A stretch of 52,170 bases of DNA from a virus (Duplodnaviria > Caudoviricetes). The notes below the pieces were generated by a model that had not been told where the DNA came from, did not search any database, and worked only from the letters and a program-made list of their open reading frames with translations. The position numbers were made by a program, and so were the translations under genes. Location of the stretch: positions 1 to 52,170 of the IMG/VR virus record IMGVR_UViG_3300020433_000009. One strand, written 5' to 3'. Below, piece by piece: positions 17,346-24,713 of the stretch (positions are counted from its first letter, which is position 1; each line of letters starts with the position of its first letter).

Positions 17346-17899
17346 ACTTTGTTTCCGTCTTTATCCGTTATCTCGTAGAGGGTATATTTAAAATTAACTT
17401 CTGCAGTAAAGTAATTAATGTCTGTTGCTGATGCATCAAACTCTAGTGTGGTTAGACTTGATGGGAATATATTGAAGAAGTTAACAGCAGATATTGTATT
17501 GTAGTTACTGTTAAGGATGAGTAGTCTTGCATCACTCATTGTCTTTTCAAATTCATTTGGCCTACCCTTCTCATCTACAGTTGCAATGTATTGTGCAAAC
17601 TCTTTTTGATGTTGTGGGTTGGTCAAACCTTTCAACCACCTGTATATCTCATAGTAGTTGTCTAAGTCTTCATTAACTAAGAACCTTAGGTTAAGATCAC
17701 CAAAGGTCATCTTATCGCCAGGAATAACATAGTCTTTGACTGGTGTTTGTATGTCCCTTACACCAATACTTACCTCAGGTATAGACGCAGACTGACAAAA
17801 ATAATCCACGTTTGGTGTTCTACCAATAACGAACTTAAAACCTACAGGAGATAAGAAGTTTTTATTAGTGGGACTGAATAGTGTCTGCTCGTATGCCAT
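17342..17899 (-). CDS. gp3: Tail tube terminator / completion protein gp3
   Basis: NFLSPVGFKF, YFCQSASIP, FLVNEDLDNY, FPSSLTTLEFDA. Confidence 0.88.
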   Translation of the reverse strand: MAYEQTLFSPTNKNFLSPVGFKFVIGRTPNVDYFCQSASIPEVSIGVRDIQTPVKDYVIPGDKMTFGDLNLRFLVNEDLDNYYEIYRWLKGLTNPQHQKEFAQYIATVDEKGRPNEFEKTMSDARLLILNSNYNTISAVNFFNIFPSSLTTLEFDASATDINYFTAEVNFKYTLYEITDKDGNKV

Positions 17900-17921
17900 T
17901 AGTTCATGCAGGTCTCCGTAT

Positions 17922-17928
17922 TATTTAT
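17922..17928 (-). promoter_or_regulatory. T4-like late promoter
   Basis: ATAAATA upstream of gp3, overlapping the stop codon of the preceding gene. Confidence 0.7.
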
Positions 17929-18530
17929 CCTAACCAAAAAACATCAGGATCGCGAATTTTGTCATAGATGTTAAACCTGAAGTCTCTGAAGTCTGGTTTC
18001 TGTGTTTCGTTATGTGCAGCATCTATCCACGTCAACTCAGCATTCTTACCTCTGGTGCTCTGCCCTTCTACATCATCAATGTTATATTCACCAACATAGT
18101 TCTCACCCACTGTACTAGGTTTGACACCGTTCTGCCAGTGCTGTACTGACATGAATATAGATCTACCATCACCCATAAATGCACCATGTATATCATCATG
18201 GTATACCTTGAGTGTAAAAAAATCGGATCGCATCTTACAGATCTTCTCCTGTTCAGGATGACTGTCTATCCAATAACCACCATGACTAAAACTTATCTTA
18301 CCACGTATGTACACTTCATATGAATCAATGTCAGGATGCCTATGCTCAGGTATGATTGCATGTGGCGGCCAGTTCAGGCACTCGACTTGATACTGCCCTT
18401 CTTTATACATAACCTTCCTATGGAAGTTAGGTACACCAAAAAAATTTCTATTCCAACCTTCTGGTTTAATTATATCGCGAGGATTAAACGTAGTCAAATA
18501 CTCATCGACAAACTCTGTGATGGCATCCAT
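17925..18530 (-). CDS. Cupin-like hypothetical protein
   Basis: PHAIIPEHRHPDIDSYEVYIRG (cupin motif 1) and HDDIHG (motif 2). Confidence 0.6.
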   Translation of the reverse strand: MDAITEFVDEYLTTFNPRDIIKPEGWNRNFFGVPNFHRKVMYKEGQYQVECLNWPPHAIIPEHRHPDIDSYEVYIRGKISFSHGGYWIDSHPEQEKICKMRSDFFTLKVYHDDIHGAFMGDGRSIFMSVQHWQNGVKPSTVGENYVGEYNIDDVEGQSTRGKNAELTWIDAAHNETQKPDFRDFRFNIYDKIRDPDVFWLG

Positions 18531-18534
18531 GCAT

Positions 18535-18564
18535 AAAAAAAGAGGTCTAATTATTTAGACCCCC
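18535..18564 (-). terminator. Intrinsic terminator containing a late promoter
   Basis: GGGGTCTAAATAATTAGACCTC followed by TTTTTTT; CTAAATA lies in the 5' arm and loop. Confidence 0.7.
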
Positions 18565-18591
18565 ATTAAGATAAGTTTTCAGTGCATTGTT

Positions 18592-18768
18592 CTAATCGAA
18601 TACGTTTTTACACATGGTCTTGCAAGTTGCTGGTAAGTCTGCACATTCTATTAGGCAATCAAAGTAATCGTCGATCTTTTGTAGTTCGCTATCGTAAGCT
18701 GCAGATTGTAGATTTTTGTCGGTCATATTCCAACTACCTAGTTGATTTTGACTTATTAAATTATGCAT
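18592..18768 (-). CDS. Small 4-Cys protein (58 aa), missed by the ORF track
   Basis: MHNLISQNQLGSWNMTDKNLQSAAYDSELQKIDDYFDCLIECADLPATCKTMCKNVFD*; SD AGGAG upstream; own terminator downstream. Confidence 0.8.
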   Translation of the reverse strand: MHNLISQNQLGSWNMTDKNLQSAAYDSELQKIDDYFDCLIECADLPATCKTMCKNVFD

Positions 18769-18777
18769 ACTTGGCTC

Positions 18778-18813
18778 CTATTTAACACCATAATGTAGAG
18801 GGTTTGGTTGCAT
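18778..18813 (-). CDS. Putative leader peptide / uORF (11 aa)
   Basis: GGAGGAAGGAAA-ATG; MQPNPLHYGVK*; its TAG overlaps the SD (TAGGAG) of the 58-aa gene. Confidence 0.45.
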   Translation of the reverse strand: MQPNPLHYGVK

Positions 18814-18855
18814 TTTCCTTCCTCCAATCCTACTATTATGTAGGCGAATCAACAC

Positions 18856-18871
18856 TGTATTTTATGCTACA
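18856..18871. promoter_or_regulatory. Putative NtcA binding site
   Basis: TGTA-TTTTATGC-TACA matches the extended consensus TGTA-N8-TACA; intergenic location. Confidence 0.65.
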
Positions 18872-18910
18872 AAGTTACAAAAAGAAATGCCTACTAGTTT
18901 ATACCTAGAC

Positions 18911-18937
18911 AAAAAAAGAGACCCCTTAGGGTCTCTT
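18911..18937 (-). terminator. gp23 intrinsic terminator
   Basis: AAGAGACCC-TAAG-GGGTCTCTT followed by TTTTT, just after the gp23 stop. Confidence 0.9.
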
Positions 18938-18958
18938 GTAGGTGTATGTAACACGATA

Positions 18959-20329
18959 TTACATAAGGTTAGCAACTCTAACTCTTCTGTAGTATGCGTT
19001 GCTGTTAAGGTTACCAGCAGCTTGTGGATCTGAATCAGATAAAGCAGCAAGTCCTTTAGCGAATGGGTTAAGAACCATTCCGTAACGAGTTTTAAACCCG
19101 ATACGTGGCTGGAATGAATCCTGTCCAATCGCTCTGTACATTTGTAGCGGAACGTAAGGACAATAGAATAATCCTGCGTCGTATGCATTAGAACCTTTGT
19201 ATCCAACAACGTAGTACTGATCAGAACTTACGTTAGCTGAATATGGGTCGATGTATACTCTGTAACGGCCGTTGAGTGTTCCAACGAAAGTATTACCAGT
19301 GTCATCAATCTCTCCAAGAGAGTTTGTAGCACCACCGATACCTGAATCGTAATCTAGAGTTCCACTCATAGCAAGTGCGGATGCAACGTCAGCAGATGTG
19401 ACGATGATGTTACCCTTCCCTCTACGAGTTTCCTGTGCGATTGCGTTGGCATCTCTTTCGATTTGGAATAATAGTCCTTTGAATTTCTCAACTGACCATC
19501 TACCATTACTGTCTACGTCTAAGTCAAACACACCTTGGTTGGCAACGTTTGCTTGAGCACCTGGTTTTGCACCTCTGTATACAGTTCTAACTACCTCACG
19601 GTTGATTTCAGCAAGTATCTCTGTTGAGAGAATGTTTGCCAACTCAGACTCTGCATCTAATCCGTGGATAGCTTTCAAGTCTTGAGCAAGTTCAACTGAG
19701 TAGTCTGCTCTTAGAGCACGACCTTTAGCTTCAACAGCAATTCTGTCGATGCTGAATGCCATCTCCATGAACGCATTGTTAGCGTTACCATCACCTAAAG
19801 ATTCTAAGTTAGTTGTAGTAAACTTACTTGAAGCAAGGTCATAGTTACCTTCAGTTGTACCACCACCAGTAGCATCGTTGATTAAACCTGGGTTTTTCTC
19901 AGTTGTTGCTGTTGGAGGAGTACCACCTTTAGTTCCAGAGAACTGTGCATCTGGTTCGTTGAAGAATGCTTCGTCACCAGTTTGGTTAGTATATCTACTT
20001 CTCATCGCGAAGATAAGACCAGTAGGACCAGACATTGGTTGAACGCCTGCGATGTCATAAGCAATAAGCTTAGGCATAGCACGACGAATTAGGGAGATGA
20101 GTATTGGGTCGAAACCTGCAACTGCACCTGTACCAGTTGTCTGAGTATTGATAGGACCAACGTTAGTTGGTGCTTCTGTAAGAACGTTACGCTCTTCTTG
20201 TAGAGCACGCTCTTGGTTTTCCAAGAGGATAGCGGTTACTGACTTACGATAGTTGTCCTTAATTTCAGGAAGACCATCATGGTTAAGTACTGGAGCCCAC
20301 TTTTCTTGGAGTTGTTCTGCATTAAACAT
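18959..20329 (-). CDS. gp23: Major capsid protein gp23
   Basis: EKWAPVL, LLENQE, GVQPMSGPTGLIFAMRSRY, ELAQDLKAIHGLDAE, FQPRIGFKTRYG. Confidence 0.99.
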   Translation of the reverse strand: MFNAEQLQEKWAPVLNHDGLPEIKDNYRKSVTAILLENQERALQEERNVLTEAPTNVGPINTQTTGTGAVAGFDPILISLIRRAMPKLIAYDIAGVQPMSGPTGLIFAMRSRYTNQTGDEAFFNEPDAQFSGTKGGTPPTATTEKNPGLINDATGGGTTEGNYDLASSKFTTTNLESLGDGNANNAFMEMAFSIDRIAVEAKGRALRADYSVELAQDLKAIHGLDAESELANILSTEILAEINREVVRTVYRGAKPGAQANVANQGVFDLDVDSNGRWSVEKFKGLLFQIERDANAIAQETRRGKGNIIVTSADVASALAMSGTLDYDSGIGGATNSLGEIDDTGNTFVGTLNGRYRVYIDPYSANVSSDQYYVVGYKGSNAYDAGLFYCPYVPLQMYRAIGQDSFQPRIGFKTRYGMVLNPFAKGLAALSDSDPQAAGNLNSNAYYRRVRVANLM

Positions 20330-20370
20330 GCTAGATTTTTCTCCGAATTTTGTTTTGGGTTTGCAGTATG

Positions 20371-21429
20371 TTAAATTCTCTTAGCTAGTTCAGCGACATA
20401 ATTTGTCATTGACTCACTAAGATTCTTTTCAACTTTAGTAGTAGGTTCTTCAGAAGAGATTTCTTCTGCTACTTCAGGTGTCTTTGCACCAAAGTAACTC
20501 TCTTTGATTTGACCTAGTTTTTCACGATACGACTCTTCTGTCTTGAATTCCACTGCGTCTGCCAAGGTTGCGAACTTATCTTTCTGAACTTCTGCAAGTC
20601 CTCTTGATAGTTCATTCAAAATCTCATTTTTACGATAGATGCCTACGGCTTCATGTAATGCAATGTTCTTCTCGACTTGCTCATTAAGTCGGGTCTCCAT
20701 TTCATCAAGTTTCTCGTCCATTTCAGCGACTGCATCAATGCTCTCGTCTGGGAGATTGATACCACTTTCAATGAACAATTCTTTTAATCCTTCCATGAAT
20801 GACTCTGTTACTTCAGTGCGGAGTCCCTTGTCAATAGCAAGTTCGTTCTCAGACATCCACTCTTCACAGGCATAGGATAGGAAATTCTCTATACGACCAG
20901 CGAACTCCTCTTTGATAATTTCGAGTTCTTCGCCAATCCTGCGTTCTGCAGTCTCCTTAAGTGATTCAACTTTTTCAGAAACCTTTGCACTTACAGCGGC
21001 TTCAAATACAGTTGTTGCTCTCTTTTGGAAATCTTCGTCAAGGTCTGCACCAGACAATACTGCCTTGATGTCTTCACTGACCTCTCCCTCGGAGATTGTC
21101 TCTCCTTCTTTCTCTACATCATCAAAGATCTTAGCGGAAAGTGCACCAGGCATTGCTGATGATGCACCACTAGGTTTTGTTTGTAGTGTAGAATCTTTTG
21201 TAGCACCTACAGGAGCAGCCGCTTTAGCACCTACGTTATCAGGTCCTTCGGGTTTTTCCTTTGTGCTTCCACCGACTTCGATAGCATCGTTTTTAAGGTC
21301 GGATTTTTGCTGAGGTACTGCACCTTTCTTGATGGCTGCGTCGCCAACAGCTGCGTCTTCCTCGATTTTCTCTTCAGGAGCCGCTTGTTCTGCGATCACC
21401 TTTTTGAATTTTTCATCAATACTAGACAT
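20371..21429 (-). CDS. gp22: Prohead core scaffold gp22
   Basis: Acidic coiled coil; TVFEAAV, ESFMEGLKELF, IKESYF; lies between gp21 and gp23. Confidence 0.92.
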   Translation of the reverse strand: MSSIDEKFKKVIAEQAAPEEKIEEDAAVGDAAIKKGAVPQQKSDLKNDAIEVGGSTKEKPEGPDNVGAKAAAPVGATKDSTLQTKPSGASSAMPGALSAKIFDDVEKEGETISEGEVSEDIKAVLSGADLDEDFQKRATTVFEAAVSAKVSEKVESLKETAERRIGEELEIIKEEFAGRIENFLSYACEEWMSENELAIDKGLRTEVTESFMEGLKELFIESGINLPDESIDAVAEMDEKLDEMETRLNEQVEKNIALHEAVGIYRKNEILNELSRGLAEVQKDKFATLADAVEFKTEESYREKLGQIKESYFGAKTPEVAEEISSEEPTTKVEKNLSESMTNYVAELAKRI

Positions 21430-21478
21430 TTAAGTAACTCCTTACGGGATAATTAGACTGCATTTATAATCTATAATT

Positions 21479-21486
21479 TATTTATA
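21479..21486 (-). promoter_or_regulatory. T4 late promoter (perfect consensus)
   Basis: TATAAATA upstream of gp22-gp23. Confidence 0.85.
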
Positions 21487-21488
21487 AA

Positions 21489-22139
21489 TCACAAACTTCT
21501 GAGAAATTGATCGAAAGCTCTAATCTTTCTCTCAGCAAGCTCTTGTTTTGAGGGAGCATTGTCAAGTGATTTCTTGACAGCCTCGATTTGTGCTTCTTTA
21601 ATCTTGCCATCTACAAGCGTCCACTCCTTACCTTCGTATATACCTTCAACGAATGCATCAGGTGCGGAAGGATCTGCTACTATATCTGCAGCAGTGGAAA
21701 GAATGAAGTCATCGGCTACTACGGATGTAGTACCCTCTTTTTTGAGAGAGCCTAAACCTCGTGAAGAAACACCGAGTTGTACCCCTTCCTCAAGCAAGTT
21801 CTTTGCGATCTTACCCATAGGGGTTTCTAACAACTTTGCTTTACCAATGAAGTTTTTACCTTCAGGTGTCAGCTCAACTATTTTATGTGATACACGATCC
21901 AAGTTTATAGTAGGACCTTCGGGATGACCAAGTTCACCAAGTGCCCTTCCGCGTCGAACGAACTCTTCGTTATACTTGTTGACTTCACGTGCCATAGTTT
22001 CGTATCTGTACATACGACCATTACGGTTTGTGATCTCTGTCTGAAGAAATACACCTTTGATGAAGGTATTTTTCTTACCGTCTTTGTCTTCGGTAAGTAC
22101 CTCAACAGGTTCTATCTGTTCAGTTATCAGTTTCATCAT
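21489..22139 (-). CDS. gp21: Prohead protease gp21
   Basis: NRNGRMY, ALGELGHP, GVSSRGLGSL, DIVADPSAPDAFV; start MMKLITE preferred over 22163. Confidence 0.96.
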   Translation of the reverse strand: MMKLITEQIEPVEVLTEDKDGKKNTFIKGVFLQTEITNRNGRMYRYETMAREVNKYNEEFVRRGRALGELGHPEGPTINLDRVSHKIVELTPEGKNFIGKAKLLETPMGKIAKNLLEEGVQLGVSSRGLGSLKKEGTTSVVADDFILSTAADIVADPSAPDAFVEGIYEGKEWTLVDGKIKEAQIEAVKKSLDNAPSKQELAERKIRAFDQFLRSL

Positions 22140-22395
22140 TGTCTTCCTTTTCGGTATCATCATTGCGATTTAAAACATCCGCTGTTTCTTCTGGTGATGC
22201 TTCGCCTTCTGGAGGTAATCCAGTGGCACCATCATCAGGCACATGCGGAAACATTCTATTCGCAATATCTAGTTTACTAGCATCAACTGCAGCTGCAGCT
22301 TTTACTTGCAACATATCTTTGAGCTTGCCAAGAGCACTTGCATCTTGTCCTCCGTCCCAAAGTAAATCAACGATTTCTCGTTCCTGTGTAGCCAT
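22120..22395 (-). CDS. Small acidic prohead core protein (gp67/68 position)
   Basis: Lies between the portal and protease genes; acidic tail; preceded by a late promoter. Confidence 0.65.
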   Translation of the reverse strand: MATQEREIVDLLWDGGQDASALGKLKDMLQVKAAAAVDASKLDIANRMFPHVPDDGATGLPPEGEASPEETADVLNRNDDTEKEDNDETDN

Positions 22396-22415
22396 AATGT
22401 AACGTTGTCTAACTT

Positions 22416-24032
22416 TTATTTATTACCGTTGCTATTTTGAGCCGCGGGTTTTTGCTTTGCTTGTTGGATCTGAGCTTTCTTCATTTCTTGATCAAGCTCT
22501 AGATTTTCGGAATCTGCATCCATCTGTTGTTGGTCTGCAGCAACCATTTGTAATGGATCTATTGCTCTACCAGACTTAATATCGTCTGCCATTTCAATGT
22601 CGATTTCCTCCATCTCAGATTCAGTTTGACCTAGAATTTGAGTGCGGATATACTCCACTGAGAAGTACTTACCGATGTAAGGATCCATTTGTTGAAGAAC
22701 ATTCAACTTCTCTGTCATCATTTCTAGGTTCTTAAGTTCCGTAAAATGATTATCGTACAGATAGTCGTACTGGATATGCTCTTTCATATCATCCCAGTCT
22801 TCAGGAGTGATAACACTCTTCAGGATTAACTGGGTTTTTAGAGTATCATTAAAGATATCACTAAACTTTTTGCGGAGTTTACCCACAAACTTAGTGAACT
22901 TTAATTCGTCTCTAGTGATCTCAGATGACCTTCCAAGGTTAAATGAAGTAGTAGAATCTAATCTACCTGCGGGAACATTTAACGCTTTGTAAAGTTTTGT
23001 TTGGAAATATTGCACATCTGTTAATTCTCCAAGGTTTTGTCCGCCTGGCAATGTGGTAATCTCCGTTCCTCTACCCCCTTCTCTACGTGGAAGCCAGAAA
23101 TCTTCCATCATAGACATGTATTTCCTATCATCTCTGATCTCACCAGTGGCAGCATCGTACACTAATTTGTTACGATACCTTCCCATAACTTCACGTAAGT
23201 ATTGTTCTGCCTTAACTTTAGGTAGGTTACCTACATCAATATAGAATATTCTACGCTCTGGTGCTCTTGATATCCTGTAGATAACAAGAGAATCCTCAAT
23301 CATTCTAAGTTGATTAAGAACTTTTATACCTTTGTGCAAGTAGGATAATACAATATTCCTATTAGTATCCATGATACCTGAGGTCACATAGGTGATTGCA
23401 TCCTTTGCAATTTTAATTCCGCTATTTGCAGAGGTGTTGTTTAATCCTTTTGGATTGTATATAAAGTATTCTTCTGACTTACCAAAGTCATACTTCATAA
23501 ACTCATCTGCAGTTTTTGGTTTGCTTATCTGCCTTACTTTTTTGATTTTTGATGGATCAATATATCTTACTTCTAATATACCTTTTGCAGGATCATCTAA
23601 ATCAATTACCTTATGATAATATAAACGCCCATCAATGTACCATCTACGGAACATCTCATGGGCTTTACCATCAAAGGCAAATAGATTTTTTATATATTCA
23701 AACTCGTCTCTAATTAAATTTTTTACTGCGTCACTGACCTCAAGATTATCAAGGTTGACATGTACAGGACTGTCATTTTTATCAGCAACTATTGCTTCAT
23801 GTATAATATCTTCAATGGCGGAATCCACTTCTGGATGCATCGCCATCTCTCGATACTTTTTCACCATGTCATATTCAGTCTTGAAGTTACCGTCTAGATC
23901 AAGATACTGACCATAGTAACCTCCTGCAATATAACTAGTAGCTCCGTCCTCGCTAGAAGGAGCTATCGGAGAGGGAGCACGATCCTTATCCGTTAGCTTT
24001 TTCTTAAACGAGAAACCGAATAACTCTGCCAT
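22416..24032 (-). CDS. gp20: Portal vertex protein gp20
   Basis: WYIDGRLYYHK, RAPERRIFYIDVGNLPK, EDFWLPRREGGRGTEITTLPGGQNLG. Confidence 0.99.
   Translation of the reverse strand: MAELFGFSFKKKLTDKDRAPSPIAPSSEDGATSYIAGGYYGQYLDLDGNFKTEYDMVKKYREMAMHPEVDSAIEDIIHEAIVADKNDSPVHVNLDNLEVSDAVKNLIRDEFEYIKNLFAFDGKAHEMFRRWYIDGRLYYHKVIDLDDPAKGILEVRYIDPSKIKKVRQISKPKTADEFMKYDFGKSEEYFIYNPKGLNNTSANSGIKIAKDAITYVTSGIMDTNRNIVLSYLHKGIKVLNQLRMIEDSLVIYRISRAPERRIFYIDVGNLPKVKAEQYLREVMGRYRNKLVYDAATGEIRDDRKYMSMMEDFWLPRREGGRGTEITTLPGGQNLGELTDVQYFQTKLYKALNVPAGRLDSTTSFNLGRSSEITRDELKFTKFVGKLRKKFSDIFNDTLKTQLILKSVITPEDWDDMKEHIQYDYLYDNHFTELKNLEMMTEKLNVLQQMDPYIGKYFSVEYIRTQILGQTESEMEEIDIEMADDIKSGRAIDPLQMVAADQQQMDADSENLELDQEMKKAQIQQAKQKPAAQNSNGNK
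22417..22423 (-). promoter_or_regulatory. T4-like late promoter
   Basis: ATAAATA overlapping the gp20 stop. Confidence 0.7.
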
Positions 24033-24057
24033 AATATTTTTGTTTCTGCTTACCTAG

Positions 24058-24064
24058 TATTTAT
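24058..24064 (-). promoter_or_regulatory. T4-like late promoter
   Basis: ATAAATA between gp19 and gp20. Confidence 0.7.
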
Positions 24065-24694
24065 CTAGCTTGTAGCATCGTCAAATTCTCTACCTACTAA
24101 ATTGTCTCCTACATCGAAGGTCTCGTGGTATTGATATGCAAACTCAACATCGAATTCTTCATATGAATCGTTGTTGTCATATGCAACTGAAATTTGTGAT
24201 ACGCTAACTGGGAATGCTTGTACTAGTTTGTACTTACGAATAACTTGAAGATTACCTGCAGCATTGCCACCTGATATCTGTGCGTCTGATCCGAACTTAT
24301 CAAGTTGTGAGATTACTATATCTTCCCAAGTATCAACAATATCTGCAGTTGCAGTGTTTGAATCAACTCCGTTAGTTAGAGAAATCCATTTTTCATATGC
24401 ACCTCTAAGTGCAAATGTGTCATCCATGTAGAATGTTGCTGTCCATGTTTCGTAAGTCCTATCGCCAGGTACTTTGATAACTCTTCCTCTAAAAGGAAGT
24501 TCAACTGTACCTACGTTAGTTGCTGGCAATGCAGCAGACTTACACATGTATGGAACCTCTGCTCCATTTGCTCCAGTTATAGTTGGAGATGTAACTCCTG
24601 TTGGGAAGTTGTGTTCGACTGAAAAGAGGTTAGGTCGTACACCACCCCTTATCGCTTTTTGGAATGATAGAATTCCTAATGGTGTTGTTGCCAT
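24065..24694 (-). CDS. gp19: Tail tube protein gp19
   Basis: GGVRPNLF, PFRGRVIKVPGDRTYETW, EEFDVEFAYQY. Confidence 0.96.
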   Translation of the reverse strand: MATTPLGILSFQKAIRGGVRPNLFSVEHNFPTGVTSPTITGANGAEVPYMCKSAALPATNVGTVELPFRGRVIKVPGDRTYETWTATFYMDDTFALRGAYEKWISLTNGVDSNTATADIVDTWEDIVISQLDKFGSDAQISGGNAAGNLQVIRKYKLVQAFPVSVSQISVAYDNNDSYEEFDVEFAYQYHETFDVGDNLVGREFDDATS

Positions 24695-24713
24695 TTCTGT
24701 TGTGCTCCTTTAA

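Noticed and set aside
18582-18785. Plus-strand 67-aa ORF in the track
   Set aside because: The opposite-strand 58-aa ORF has an SD, an ATG, a terminator and the locus orientation; this one is its shadow
18862-19209. 115-aa alternative-frame ORF overlapping the gp23 3' end
   Set aside because: It runs through the gp23 terminator; I saw no slippery site or RBS to support a frameshift product
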